Notes under the pieces: generated by a model
The model's input: only the letters and a program-made list of their open reading frames with translations
Database searches by the model: none
What the model was told of the DNA's origin: nothing
Made by a program: the position numbers and the translations under genes
Shown: positions 20,636 through 32,119 of the stretch, in pieces
Layout: every line of letters starts with the position of its first letter
How positions within the stretch are numbered: position 1 is the first letter of the stretch
Assembly (NCBI GenBank): GCA_963799845.1
Contig: CAWCYI010000006.1
Span: forward strand, 832,001-896,000
Direction of reading: 5' to 3'
Source of the DNA: an uncultured Nitrososphaerota archaeon
GTDB taxonomy: Archaea > Thermoproteota > Nitrososphaeria > Nitrososphaerales > CADDZS01
Length of the DNA: 64,000 nt

Positions 20636-21547
20636 TTGAATGAATCGGAATCCGCTATAATTGAGGAAATGCTTTTACACCAGATTCCCGCTGGCGCGCT
20701 AAATACAAGAGATGCGAGTGCTGTGTTTCGAAAAATTTCTTCTATCATGGGATTAAGTTTTATTTTCATCCTGTTTGCAGCCTCACCCTTTCTATCCGTC
20801 TCAGCCTTTTTCAGCCCGTCAGGCGCAGCTCCGATGACACCGGTAATCCAACCGTCTATCACCGGAAGTAGCGTATCGAGCTTCAACTGGGCTGGTTATG
20901 CAATAAAGGAGGCGAAGGATACCGTGACTTCAGTACGCGGCTCTTGGACGCAACAAGCGATTACCTGTCCGTCGGCAACAACATTAGAAGCCGCAGCCTT
21001 CTGGGTTGGAATTGACGGATTTTCTTCCAAGACAGTGGAACAAACTGGAACGCTCGCTCTTTGTACAGGAAGTGGTACAACTCCTGAATACTATGCTTGG
21101 TACGAATTTTATCCGAAACAACCCTCCATAGTAGATATAACAACAGTCACCGTGTCGCCTGGAGATGCATTTACAGCGAGCGTTACTTATTCTACAAGTA
21201 CAAGCAAATTCACAGTTACAATAGCGGACACGACAACAGGCAAGTCGTTCACGCACACCCAGGGAGGAAAAGCAGTTCGTAGTTCTGCCGAGTGGATAGT
21301 CGAGGCGCCCGGCGGTGACGCACAAACTGCATCGGGATTGTATCCATTGCCCAACTTTGGCACTGCTTCGTTTACTAGCGCTTCCGCAACCACAACTGCG
21401 AGCTCCGGCAACATTCGAAGCTTTGGAAGTGCTGACCAGAAAATAACGATGGTAGCTGATCCGTCGTTAGTTACGATGGCATCTCCGTCTGCATTGAGCT
21501 CTGGTGGGTCAAGCTTCTCCGTTACTTGGGACAATTCAGGCCCTTAG
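20636..21547 (+). CDS. Secreted G1 glutamic peptidase (eqolisin / Peptidase_A4)
   Basis: SFNWAGY, WVGIDG, VEQTGT, YAWYEFYP, SAEWIVEAP; signal peptide. Confidence 0.9.
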   Translation: MNESESAIIEEMLLHQIPAGALNTRDASAVFRKISSIMGLSFIFILFAASPFLSVSAFFSPSGAAPMTPVIQPSITGSSVSSFNWAGYAIKEAKDTVTSVRGSWTQQAITCPSATTLEAAAFWVGIDGFSSKTVEQTGTLALCTGSGTTPEYYAWYEFYPKQPSIVDITTVTVSPGDAFTASVTYSTSTSKFTVTIADTTTGKSFTHTQGGKAVRSSAEWIVEAPGGDAQTASGLYPLPNFGTASFTSASATTTASSGNIRSFGSADQKITMVADPSLVTMASPSALSSGGSSFSVTWDNSGP

Positions 21548-21866
21548 GTTGGAGAGTTATTTGCCTCGGTGGGGAAGCGCGATAGCTTCCAGAAATCAAG
21601 CAGTCTGACTTCTTTACATACATATCCCGCAATATCTTTACTCTCGTTCCTTACATTCTTCTCGCGGTTCTGCTGTACACGGTAAGTCTGAAGATCCTGA
21701 AAGTTTTGAGCGACGAAGATCGTCGATTTCTATCGCACGTTATTCCAGGGCCGCTTCAATGGATACTGCGTTATGTTTAGGGTCTTGCAAGACGAATCAC
21801 CTATTAGATAATTGTTTACGAAAAGGTGTACCTCTTTTACTATTAAGATGGCTGTATCTCTAAATT

Positions 21867-24203
21867 TTGTCGGTTTCTGGGCTCGAATCTGTTCTGAATC
21901 TTTATTTCGGGGAGGATACGCCGAGTCTATGGCGGATATATTTGAAAAATATTGCGGAGAAACACGCGCTGGCGATTAGCCGTATAATTCTGGTCGTGAT
22001 CCTCGTCATCATCATAGTTGCTGCCGGCGCCGGGTACATCTTTCTGAACCAGCATCAGACCACGACAAGCTCTCAAACTAGTACCTCTTCATCTTCCCAG
22101 TCAGCTTCCACTTCTTCCGTCTCATCCACCACTACTGTGTCTTCGAGCCCTGTTAACTCAAGTTCATCTGCTTCCAGTACTTCATCTTCCTCATCAGGTT
22201 CTTCTATCACTTCATCGTCTACGACTTCGAGCTCATCAAGTCTTAAAATACCCTCGGTTCTAACTTACGAAAGTTCATCTTCGCCACAATTTCTGGATCC
22301 AGAAGTTTCGTTTACCGCTTACGACTTTAACATAATGCAGAACGTATACCAAAGCTTACTTTACATCAATCAAACAAGCAGCGGTGGTGCGGTAAACGTA
22401 CCGTGGCTCGCTCAAAACTATACAGTTTCTTCTGATGGTATGACGGCTAATTTCACTCTGAAGAGTGGGATTACTTTCGCGGATGGCGAACAAATGAATT
22501 CGACGGCTGTTTACTTTGATGTCAATCGCTACTTAATCGAAGATGGTAGTTCTCCATACGGGCACGGAACGCAGGCATCGTACATCATTCAACAGTTGTT
22601 CAATACCAGTCTAAGCTCTGTTCTAAGCGGCCAGCCCCAGCCATACAATCAAACGTGGGTCAATGAAGTCTTAGCGGAGGATGCTGTCCAGATTACCGGC
22701 CCTCTGACGTTCACTTTTCACATCCAAAATCCCAATGCAGCCTTCCCCTATCTGATGCTCTTCACGACAATGTTGCTTGCTCCTAACTATGTGACGCAAC
22801 ATGACGTAGCTCTTTGGAACCAGTCGAGTAACGGCTATACTTTGCCCTATCCAACTCTCAGCGGCAATCTCACCAACAGGATCTACCAATATTTCGTCGA
22901 TGAAGTTTCTACTTGCAATGCGGGTGCAACACCAAAAGGCTGCGGCACGACATACCTCGATGGCTCTTATAACGGCTCGCTCGCAGGTACCGGACCGTAT
23001 GAGATTCAGAGCGCGAGCCAAACCACGGGCGATGTCGTTCTAGCTGCAAACCCTCACTACTGGGGCTGGACTCCAATGCCCAAGACGTTAAGTGGACCAG
23101 TTCCCGCGTTTCAAACAGTGGACATCAATTACGTTCCAACGATAACCACCAGAGAGGTTGACCTTCAGGCCGCGGCCGCCTCGGGAAGAGCGATGACTAT
23201 TGACCTAACTGGTGATCATCTATACGACGTCGCGGATCGAAGCGCGTGGCTCGCAAACGGAACTCTCCAATCAATTCTACCGGGAGTGAGCCTTTACGGG
23301 CCTTACACTACACACGCGACTCTCTACGAGCCGTTCGACATGAACGTGACTAATCCCTTGACGGGCAGCTATTACACATTTCAGCCGTTTGCTGATAGGC
23401 GGCTCAGGCTTGCTTTCGCCGACTCTGTAAACATGACCGAGATCAATACGGATTCCAACAATAATCTGGGAAAAGTAGCAAATGAAGCAATCCCGCCCGG
23501 TTTGCCGCCCGTCGGATCGTACAATAGTTCCATCACGCCTCTGTACTCCTTTAACACAACAGCAGTGCAGGATCTACTTTTGGCTGCGATGCAGCATCCT
23601 CTCACTCAATTCAATTTCTTCAATGGCACTGCCGCGCCTCTGGGATTCTTCAACAACACGTTTGGGTGTTCTACTCTGGACTCTAGCGGACAGTGCGCGC
23701 ATCCTGTAACGCAATCGATCACTCTGGCTTACTACGTCGGAGCTCCGGTAGATCCTGCGGTTTTCGAGCAAATGGCTACAGTGATCAATAATGTAAGCGA
23801 TACCTACAACATGGGATTGTCTGTAAGCGTAGAACCGTTGCCTCTTGGCCCCTTGTTTGGTCAGGGACTTTCCGATGAGCTCTACCTTTATTCTAGCGGT
23901 TACTACGGAGCATACCCTTGGGTGACGGATTTTCTTACTGTCGCATTTAATCCGTTTAGCGCAGCGGATGGCTTCAATATTGCCACCGTTAATTCTCTGC
24001 TAGCGCAGTCCCAGAAAGCAACAGCTTCAAACAACGTGACCGGACTAATAGCCGTCACAAACGCGATCAACGAATGGGCAAACCAGGCAATCATGTATGT
24101 GTGGACAATCAATCCTGTGTCGTTCGCCGTCTATACATCAAACGTCCAAGGATACTTCAACAATCCGTACTTTATCTCCACCTATTTTGCGACTCTCTAC
24201 TAG
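21867..24203 (+). CDS. ABC-type peptide substrate-binding protein (family 5) with Ser-rich linker
   Basis: Class III-like signal, LDP, PWLAQNYTVSSDG, ITFADG, GTGPY, RLRLAF; likely start ~21942. Confidence 0.85.
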   Translation: MSVSGLESVLNLYFGEDTPSLWRIYLKNIAEKHALAISRIILVVILVIIIVAAGAGYIFLNQHQTTTSSQTSTSSSSQSASTSSVSSTTTVSSSPVNSSSSASSTSSSSSGSSITSSSTTSSSSSLKIPSVLTYESSSSPQFLDPEVSFTAYDFNIMQNVYQSLLYINQTSSGGAVNVPWLAQNYTVSSDGMTANFTLKSGITFADGEQMNSTAVYFDVNRYLIEDGSSPYGHGTQASYIIQQLFNTSLSSVLSGQPQPYNQTWVNEVLAEDAVQITGPLTFTFHIQNPNAAFPYLMLFTTMLLAPNYVTQHDVALWNQSSNGYTLPYPTLSGNLTNRIYQYFVDEVSTCNAGATPKGCGTTYLDGSYNGSLAGTGPYEIQSASQTTGDVVLAANPHYWGWTPMPKTLSGPVPAFQTVDINYVPTITTREVDLQAAAASGRAMTIDLTGDHLYDVADRSAWLANGTLQSILPGVSLYGPYTTHATLYEPFDMNVTNPLTGSYYTFQPFADRRLRLAFADSVNMTEINTDSNNNLGKVANEAIPPGLPPVGSYNSSITPLYSFNTTAVQDLLLAAMQHPLTQFNFFNGTAAPLGFFNNTFGCSTLDSSGQCAHPVTQSITLAYYVGAPVDPAVFEQMATVINNVSDTYNMGLSVSVEPLPLGPLFGQGLSDELYLYSSGYYGAYPWVTDFLTVAFNPFSAADGFNIATVNSLLAQSQKATASNNVTGLIAVTNAINEWANQAIMYVWTINPVSFAVYTSNVQGYFNNPYFISTYFATLY

Positions 24204-24224
24204 CGGAGCATCGCCGTATTTTCC

Positions 24225-25553
24225 TTGAAGACCAAGGCTCCGAGCCGAAAGAGAGTCCGGCTCGGAAATGACTCGGGAAGAAAATATCTGTGCATACGAG
24301 CTGGAACGCTGATCGATGGTCGCATTAAAGGCCCGGTCAAGAATGTCACCATCATCATAGCGGGAAAAAAAATCAAATCAGTAGTGGCGGGTGAATCGGT
24401 TCCGAAGAATGCAGTAGTAATCGATGCTTCGGAAGGAACCGTGCTTCCCGGGCTGATCGACATGCACGTTCATGTCGGAAACAAACGGCAGTTGGAGCTG
24501 TTTTTGGAGTACGGAGTGACGTCCGTCCGGGACGTAGGAAATAATCTCGGAAAAATAAAAAATTTTAGAGATTCTGTTGCGAAAGGCAAGTTGATCGGCC
24601 CCAGGATCTTCTTTGCGGGACCGCTCATCGACCATCTTCCTGCTAAAGTGCGAAAGAACGAATTTTTTCCTGATATGAACGTTGCAGTCAATAACGAAAA
24701 GGAGGCGGCCAGGGTAGCAAACCGACTCATGAATCAGGGAGTAGACTGTCTCAAAGTCTATCAAAACATGTCCTCAAATCTGATCGGTGCTGTCGTCAAC
24801 GAAGCGAAAAAGAGAGGCATTCCAGTGGCTGCGCATTCCGGGATCGGTTCGACGATCGGGGAAGCTGTGAAGGCCGGAATCACCACCGTCGAGCATGTTC
24901 ACAGGATGGCTACTGAACTCGCACCGACGGTTCCAAAAAAACCTCTGATTACGGGGCCATTTTCGATGATGCGTCCTTGGGCTGGAGTCGACTTGGGCTC
25001 GTCAGAAGTTAGTAATCTGATCAAACTCATGCTAGACAAGAAAGTGTATTTTGATCCCACGCTTACCGTTGTCGACAAGTTGGCAAAGTCAAACGATCCG
25101 CATTTACTGAAGGATTCTGATTATAGAAAGCTCGATCCGAGTGAGAGAAAGAAATGGGACAAAGAAAACGAGGCGTTCCTCGAAAACGTGAACGATGAAG
25201 ATTTTCTCGAAGCCGGGAAGGCTCTGGGGGTAGCCGAAGGCTTTGTCGCTATGGCGTTTAAGTCCGGTGTGAAGATCCTCGCAGGTTCTGACAACGGAAT
25301 GCCGTATGCTGTCGCCGGAAAATCATTACATGAAGAACTGCATCTTTTAGCGGAATCAGGTATTCCAAAGATCGAAGTTCTCCGCGCTGCCACGATCAAC
25401 GGAGCTTTTGCGCTTGGGCAGGAAAAAGATCTAGGGTCGGTTGAACCTGGAAAACTTGCCGATCTCTTAATCCTCAAAGCTAACCCGCTAGATGATATCG
25501 CGAATACGCTAGAGATTTCGCATGTCATCAAAGATGGCGAGCTTGTCGAATAG
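24225..25553 (+). CDS. Amidohydrolase family protein
   Basis: PGLIDMHVH, AAHS, TVEH, AGSD, GKLADL. Confidence 0.9.
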   Translation: MKTKAPSRKRVRLGNDSGRKYLCIRAGTLIDGRIKGPVKNVTIIIAGKKIKSVVAGESVPKNAVVIDASEGTVLPGLIDMHVHVGNKRQLELFLEYGVTSVRDVGNNLGKIKNFRDSVAKGKLIGPRIFFAGPLIDHLPAKVRKNEFFPDMNVAVNNEKEAARVANRLMNQGVDCLKVYQNMSSNLIGAVVNEAKKRGIPVAAHSGIGSTIGEAVKAGITTVEHVHRMATELAPTVPKKPLITGPFSMMRPWAGVDLGSSEVSNLIKLMLDKKVYFDPTLTVVDKLAKSNDPHLLKDSDYRKLDPSERKKWDKENEAFLENVNDEDFLEAGKALGVAEGFVAMAFKSGVKILAGSDNGMPYAVAGKSLHEELHLLAESGIPKIEVLRAATINGAFALGQEKDLGSVEPGKLADLLILKANPLDDIANTLEISHVIKDGELVE

Positions 25554-25603
25554 TAGTTACCCGGCTCATGTCCTCGATTTTTTTGCGCTCTAACTCTCGA
25601 ATG

Positions 25604-27649
25604 TTACCACGATCTAATCAATCGATGATTAACGCTGTAGAACATTGATGGACCCATTAAGAAAACCGGTACGCGCTTTTCGTTCACTATTATTTTTCCA
25701 TCATAGGTTGCATTTTTTCTCTTGTCGAAAAGAGAATATTCCTGTCCAGCGGAGGGAAAGGCTAGATCTCCTCGATCCTCTTCATTGCGAGACCTGATCT
25801 CAAGAATAGACTCACTGAATTGAAGGCCGAGTTCCACATTTACAGCGATGAGATCTGAGTTTCTTACTTCATTGCTCAGGCCATTCATGTCATTCCCGAG
25901 CTGGAAGTAAGTCCCGGCAAACCAGGGACATCCTACGAGTAATGGTCTTTGGCCCACATGCCAAGAGAGTGTTGGTTCCGCCGGAAGTCCTGCTATTGAC
26001 TCGTGAATGTGCAACGTCGTTCCATCTTCCTTATCTTTCGTTATTTGGAGCTCGCTCCTCCCTTCCGACCGGTCGGCTCGAAACTGAAAACACCGCAATC
26101 CAAGATGGTCTTCGGCAGGTTCAATTACCATCTCAAAATAATCTGTGAAGGGTGGAGCATTCAGAGACACTCGGGATTTGATCATAGTGGGCCTTCCATC
26201 TGATCCATGCACTACGCTCACTTCTTCTTGCCCTAATTCAATGTCGCCAATCTTAATCTCGTACAGAAAATGAGCTTCTCCCTGTTTACTGGGTACTCCG
26301 AAATCAGAGGGCGATAGGTGAGCTCCTGTTACATAGGATTTGGTTAGAGCATCTAGTTTCTGCTCCAGCACCGACTTTTCTAACCATTCGCCCCTTACCA
26401 TAACACCTCGAAGTTTCGTCGAAAGCACCGACACGTCATCCAGTGGGTTTGCATCAAGAAGGATGAGATCCGCCCTTTTACCAGTCTCGATCGTCCCGAA
26501 CTCTTTCTCGGCATTAAGAAACTTTGCAGCGTCCGCAGTACCTGCTTTGAGAGCTTCGCATGGGGAAAATCCCGCAGAAACAAGATTGCGAAGTTCTTTG
26601 TGAATTGAAAAGCCGGGAACAACAAAGGGATTGGGCGTGTCGGTGCCAAGCAGGAATTGGGCCCCCTGTCTGTGAAGAGAAGTCGTGAGCTCAATCAATA
26701 AGGCGTTACGTTTTTCATAAAGTTCCATCTCGACTTCTTCCGAAATTTTACTACTCGTAGAAGCTTGTAGGGAAGCTTTCCAATCTTCCATCCAGATCGG
26801 AGGAACATACCGCATTTCATCTTCTTGGACGAGGTCTTGTCTGATTTGTTTCGGTGCAAGAGCTGTCTGGTAGACGACGAGGGTCGGGCAATTCCAAGTG
26901 CCTGAACGCGTTGTAAGTTCAGTTAATGATGGTATTGCCGACTTGTCCACGAATTCTACAGACCTGAGACGAGCTTCAGGGTCGTGCTCGTTCCTGACAG
27001 GAGAATCTTCAAGCTGAAGAGCCTCGAGATACCCACTCAAATGTTCGATAGAAGATTGGCCCAACTCAATCGCCCCTTTCAATCCGACAGAATAAGGAAT
27101 GTGACCGACGAACCGGATGCCATCCGTCTCCGCCTCTTTAGCGATCGCTTCGTAAACTTCAGCTGAAAGTCTGTTGTATACTTTCAGAAAATCGTATCCA
27201 ATTGACTTTTGGTAGGAAACCTCTTCCTTTACCTCGCCGACATCATCAATTACTCTGCATGAGCTCCAAATTGGCGGCGATCCGTCGATCAGAGGCCCGG
27301 TAGTGTAAATTGTCGGTCCGAGCATTTCACCTCGGGAGATCATCTTACGCCATGCTAGATGCCGAGGGCTGCCCCACATGTTCCTAATGGTGGTTACTCC
27401 ATTTGCAAGAAAGAGAGTAAATTCCGATTCCGACCAGTTGTGAACGTGCATGTCGCAGAGTCCAGGCATGAGAAACTTGCCTCGGCAGTTTTTTACCTGA
27501 ATAGCGTCAGAGGGGAGAGAAATCTCGTCCGCGGGTACTATTGCGCTGATTGTTTGACCTTCCACGATGACGGTTTGATCCTGAAGCACCACGTCCCGGT
27601 CCATGGGGACTACGTTTACTCCAACGAAGGCAATATGCCCGATTGACAA
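25604..27649 (-). CDS. Amidohydrolase with C-terminal extension
   Basis: MPGLCDMHVH, VGHIP, SIEHL, LGTDTP, GKRADL plus ~240 aa extra domain. Confidence 0.88.
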   Translation of the reverse strand: MSIGHIAFVGVNVVPMDRDVVLQDQTVIVEGQTISAIVPADEISLPSDAIQVKNCRGKFLMPGLCDMHVHNWSESEFTLFLANGVTTIRNMWGSPRHLAWRKMISRGEMLGPTIYTTGPLIDGSPPIWSSCRVIDDVGEVKEEVSYQKSIGYDFLKVYNRLSAEVYEAIAKEAETDGIRFVGHIPYSVGLKGAIELGQSSIEHLSGYLEALQLEDSPVRNEHDPEARLRSVEFVDKSAIPSLTELTTRSGTWNCPTLVVYQTALAPKQIRQDLVQEDEMRYVPPIWMEDWKASLQASTSSKISEEVEMELYEKRNALLIELTTSLHRQGAQFLLGTDTPNPFVVPGFSIHKELRNLVSAGFSPCEALKAGTADAAKFLNAEKEFGTIETGKRADLILLDANPLDDVSVLSTKLRGVMVRGEWLEKSVLEQKLDALTKSYVTGAHLSPSDFGVPSKQGEAHFLYEIKIGDIELGQEEVSVVHGSDGRPTMIKSRVSLNAPPFTDYFEMVIEPAEDHLGLRCFQFRADRSEGRSELQITKDKEDGTTLHIHESIAGLPAEPTLSWHVGQRPLLVGCPWFAGTYFQLGNDMNGLSNEVRNSDLIAVNVELGLQFSESILEIRSRNEEDRGDLAFPSAGQEYSLFDKRKNATYDGKIIVNEKRVPVFLMGPSMFYSVNHRLIRSW

Positions 27650-28032
27650 GCTAGAAAATCGACTTCACAAAAATTAACGTTGCAGCTAAAATCCAGATTT
27701 GGGAAATGATCAGAGATCGCGTGGAGCACGACAGTTTGAACTATTAAGGAAATCTACAAAGCAGGAGAGCGTATGCCTGATGTTATCTTAATTTTCTCTG
27801 CTGGTCACGGGTATTTGCGTGATGCACAATGGAAAAAAGTAATCGACATTCTTCAGCCAAAAAGTGCTCACGTGTGTAGAAACGCAGAAAAAAATGGTTT
27901 CGTTATCATTATCGGACCCGTTGCCCAAAATTATGTCACATTCAATAGACTCACCGTCAGCTAAAATAATTTCCCCATGTCAAATTCGCTTCGGTTTAGG
28001 CGAAGCATGCGACCTCATTTTGGTGCGCATTT

Positions 28033-28095
28033 GACCGTGCGAGAAAGTGTAGTTTCGGTATACTAATTTCCGGAAAACAGAGACCGTGCGAGAAA
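28033..28095 (+). promoter_or_regulatory. Two 14-bp direct repeats upstream of the permease promoter
   Basis: gaccgtgcgagaaa at 28033 and 28082, then an AT-rich TATA-like tract at ~28100. Confidence 0.5.
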
Positions 28096-28134
28096 ACGAA
28101 ATATTAATATTGGCGGGGTTTTTTGCACGAGGCA

Positions 28135-29776
28135 ATGCCGGAAGAAAAAACGCTTTTTCTCAGGAATGCATCTGGGCTTGTTCGTAGTTGGCGTATATGG
28201 GACGGTTTCATCTACGCGGTCTACGCCGACAGCATTATCGTCGCCGCAGCTTTGACATATGCGATTGCTTATCCTTGGCCCGAAGGAAACATTCCTCTTG
28301 CAATTGTTCTTACTACGATCTCGATCATTCCGTTGACGATTGTTTATGCAATGCTGGCATCAGCGATGCCGAGAGTTGCTGGGGATTACGTATGGCAAAG
28401 TCGCGCGATAGGTGGATTTGTTGGCTTTACTCTTTCGCTCGCTGGTCTCGCATTTTGGCCGTGGTTTTATGGAGCTGACTAACGTTTATCCGGGAACAGT
28501 ATCGGCTATTGCTCCCGCGTTTTCGCTTTTGGGCGGCTGGCTCAACAACGTCAGCTTGTCAAATCTCGCGACCTATCTTACAACTTCCTCGGGAATCTGG
28601 TGGGGCTTTGTCGTATTCGTTGCCTGGGCCACGTTCATAATGATTGCAGGAATGAAGTGGTATGCTCGCGTCCAGAGGATATCGTTCTACATTGGCATGG
28701 CTGCTGTTGTCGTCTGGGTCGCCGTCTTTCTGACTACGTCAAACTCGCAGTTTATTTCGAATTTCAATTCTTTCGTGACTTCCCATTTTCCGGGGTGGGG
28801 AGGAGCTGACCCATACCATTACATCCTCAACCAGTCGGCAGCGGGCGGGTACACCGGCGTTTCATTGAGTCAAACAAACCTGACCCAGACCTATATGCTC
28901 GTTCCGGTTATGGCATATGTCTATCTATGGGTTGTCTGGGCTGGTGGACTTTCTGGTGAGATTTCTGGTATTCAACAGTTGAAAAAATCGCTTACAATGT
29001 ATGTGGGATCGGCAATATTCGCGATGGTAGTCGGCGGGGGCGTCATACTCCTGACACTGCTAATGGTTGGCAACGGGTGGTTTTCTTCGGCGAATTTTCT
29101 GTATTATAATCCAGGACACACACCTGCCATGCCTTTCGCGCCTTTCTTGGGCTTCCTTTACATCGCGATGACAAAAAACCCCATACTATGGACAGTGACC
29201 ATAATCGGGTTCAACGCGTGGTTCTGGATATGGCCGACCAACAACTGGGTCTGGTCAATTAGAGCGTTCTTCGCAATGAGTTTTGACAGGGCGCTACCCA
29301 GTTGGTTCGGTCAGATTAATAATAAGACGGGAGTTCCCCTCAACGCAATCATACTCGTATCGGCCGGGTCGCTCGTGATGGGTTATCTATACAGCTTCAC
29401 TGTAGTAGCCTCGTACACTCTTGATGCTACTTTGGGGACTGCTCTTGCAATTGTGGGTACGACGTTCGCTGCGATAATATTGCCGTATCGGAAGAAGACG
29501 AAAGCGCTTTGGGAACAGTCGCCCGCCGCAAAATACAAGATTGGAGGCGTACCGGTGATAACCATCTGCGGCATTCTGACGTTTGTGATTCTCTGGATCC
29601 CACTGTACTTCCTGTGGGCGACTAATCCATTATACGGGGTGAACAATCCGACTTCGGGCTTATTCGTCGTAAGTCTGTTCGCCATTGCGGCAGCCATCTA
29701 TTTGATAATGAAATTCTATCGGAAACGTCAAAACATAGACCTGAATCTAGTCTTCGGCGAAATTCCTGGCGAGTAG
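28135..29776 (+). CDS. APC-family amino acid permease (frameshift ~28477)
   Basis: LFLRNASGLVR, AMPRVAGDYVW, RAFFAMSFDRALP, FGEIP. Confidence 0.88.
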
Positions 29777-29878
29777 ACAATCTTCATTTTTGCTGTGATC
29801 GTGGGAAAGGGGGACTTTCTGCCCCTGTTGAGCAGTGAATCTTTTTAGAACAAAGCAGGAAACTGGATATACCATAGA

Positions 29879-30814
29879 ATGAAGACTAGAATCTTCTTCG
29901 CAACCGACATCCACGGTTCAGACAAGTGCTGGATCAAATTCATCAACGCTGCAGAATATTACAAAGCGAACATCCTCGTGTTGGGAGGCGATCTAACTTC
30001 GAAGGGTTTCATCGCGTTGTTGAAACAACCGGATGGATCTTACAGGACAAACTTTCGGGGAATAGACTACCAAATGAAAAGCGAGGAAGAAGTAGTTGAA
30101 ACAGAGAAAAAGATCAGGACAGGTGGATTCTATCCGTTCAGGACTACCTCTCAAGAGGTCGTTGAATACGAGTCGGCGGAGAAGACAAGGCAACTCATGA
30201 TAGAGTTGGCAAAGGAGTCTCTTAGGCGATGGATGAATATTGCAGAAAAGAAACTCTCTGGCAAAAACATTCCGTTCTATTTAACCGGCGGGAATGATGA
30301 TGAGTTCGAAATAGATGATATCCTTCGTAGTTCAAAGATAGTGCAGTATGTGGAAGGGAAAGTGGTTAACATCGATGGTGAACATGAGATGATAAGCACC
30401 GGGTTGGGCAACAAGACACCATGGAGTTGCCCGAGAGATGTTACGGAAGAAGAACTCGAGTCTGTTATAGTGAAGATGGCTGACCAGGTGAAAAACATGC
30501 GTACCTGTATATTCAACATTCACGTTCCGCCGTATGGTACACGCCTTGATGATGCACCGGAGCTTGACAAAACCATGAGAATGTCATCAGCGAACATGGT
30601 CCCGGTGGGAAGTACGGGAGTTAGACGGACCATAGAAAGATACCAGCCGATGCTCACGCTGCACGGCCACATACACGAATCTAAGGGAAGTTACAAGCTT
30701 GGAAAGACACTCTGCATTAATCCCGGGAGTGCGTATGCGGACGGAGTGCTCCAGGGTGTATTGGTTGATATCGATGGGCCGACGGTAAAGAGGTTCATTC
30801 CTGTCAGCGGTTAG
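29879..30814 (+). CDS. Metallophosphoesterase (Icc-like)
   Basis: TDIHGS, GGDL, GGNDD, HVPPY, LHGHIHE, INPGS. Confidence 0.9.
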   Translation: MKTRIFFATDIHGSDKCWIKFINAAEYYKANILVLGGDLTSKGFIALLKQPDGSYRTNFRGIDYQMKSEEEVVETEKKIRTGGFYPFRTTSQEVVEYESAEKTRQLMIELAKESLRRWMNIAEKKLSGKNIPFYLTGGNDDEFEIDDILRSSKIVQYVEGKVVNIDGEHEMISTGLGNKTPWSCPRDVTEEELESVIVKMADQVKNMRTCIFNIHVPPYGTRLDDAPELDKTMRMSSANMVPVGSTGVRRTIERYQPMLTLHGHIHESKGSYKLGKTLCINPGSAYADGVLQGVLVDIDGPTVKRFIPVSG

Positions 30815-30873
30815 TTTGAATGTCTAAGGCAAATTTCAAAAGCATTAGTGCAATTTCGCAAAGCTGTTAGACA

Positions 30874-31299
30874 ATGATTCGGTCGAGTAAGATATCAAAC
30901 AAAGAAATTGATGTTGCGGTTGCAGCTTGTAAAAAGAAGTCGACGGAAATCGGAATGCCGATGGATATTGCAGTCTGTGACGACGGAGGGAACCTTCTAC
31001 ATTTCGAAAGGATGGATGGAGCGATCGTCGGCGGGATAAACCTCGCGATTGACAAAGCGTACACCGCAGCAATTTTTGGAATAAGGACTGAAGAATTAGG
31101 TCGTACTGCGGTTCCAGGAGGTCCGGATTTTGGAATAAGCTCATCGGATCGCGGCAGAATAATAATCTACGGAGGGGGCGTACCGATCATCATCGAAAAT
31201 AATATCCTGGGCGCAGTCGGATGCAGCTCTGGCGGAACATCGGATCAAGATTCGGCAGTTGCGAGTACGGGAGTGGACGCCCTCAAAAAGAATCTATAG
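30874..31299 (+). CDS. GlcG/HbpS heme-binding family protein
   Basis: IAVCDDGGNL..FERMDGA...AIDKAYTA, GGGVPI, GAVGCS. Confidence 0.9.
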   Translation: MIRSSKISNKEIDVAVAACKKKSTEIGMPMDIAVCDDGGNLLHFERMDGAIVGGINLAIDKAYTAAIFGIRTEELGRTAVPGGPDFGISSSDRGRIIIYGGGVPIIIENNILGAVGCSSGGTSDQDSAVASTGVDALKKNL

Positions 31300-31301
31300 A
31301 T

Positions 31302-32090
31302 CTAATGCATGACTAGTCCGCCAGTGGGACAAATATTCTGGCCCGTGATGAACGAAGATTGATCTGAAACAAGGAAAAGAGCAACATTCGCAATGTCTTC
31401 CGGTTCGGCGATTCGCCCCAGTGGAGTCTTGCTGACCAGTCCATCAATATACTCACGGGATAGACGTTCGAAAACCCGAGTTCTTACAATGCCAGGCGAA
31501 ATAGAGTTCACGTTGATGCCAAAGGATCCAACCTCTCTCGCGATGGCTTTCGTAAAGGCTATCACCCCTGCCTTGCACGCGGCGTAAACTGCCAGCTTAT
31601 CTCCGCCATCCGCTGAATCTCCCATTCCGGTCGTTGAACCAAGATTGATGATCCTCCCGTACTTTCTATCCATCATTAGAGGAAGTGTATGCTTAACGCA
31701 ATTGAACATCGAGTACAAATTGCCATTTACCGTAATATCCCATGATTTCTTTTCAGTTCTTGCGAATTCAACGCCTCCCACTCCATAACTTCCTCCGGCA
31801 TTGTTAACCAGGATATCGATCTTACCGAATTCCTTCTCTGTTTTCTGGATCAACTCTCCTGCAAAATCATAGTCTGATACATCGCCGCGAAAGGTCAAGA
31901 TTTTAGATTCTTCCAACTTCATCGACTTTGCTCCCTCCTTGAAGGAAAGTAATCTGTCTTCGTAAAGATCGGCTAGTGAGACACTCGCACCAGCGTGGAG
32001 ATACTTCCGGGCAATCTCCCGCCCGATACCACTCCCGCCTCCGGTAATCACCGCTACTTTTCCGCTGAGAATTAGGTCACGTTCTGCCAT
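31302..32090 (-). CDS. Short-chain dehydrogenase/reductase
   Basis: TGGGSGIG, NNAG, YAACK. Confidence 0.9.
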   Translation of the reverse strand: MAERDLILSGKVAVITGGGSGIGREIARKYLHAGASVSLADLYEDRLLSFKEGAKSMKLEESKILTFRGDVSDYDFAGELIQKTEKEFGKIDILVNNAGGSYGVGGVEFARTEKKSWDITVNGNLYSMFNCVKHTLPLMMDRKYGRIINLGSTTGMGDSADGGDKLAVYAACKAGVIAFTKAIAREVGSFGINVNSISPGIVRTRVFERLSREYIDGLVSKTPLGRIAEPEDIANVALFLVSDQSSFITGQNICPTGGLVMH

Positions 32091-32119
32091 TGTAGATTCA
32101 CTGTCATAATCACATTTTT

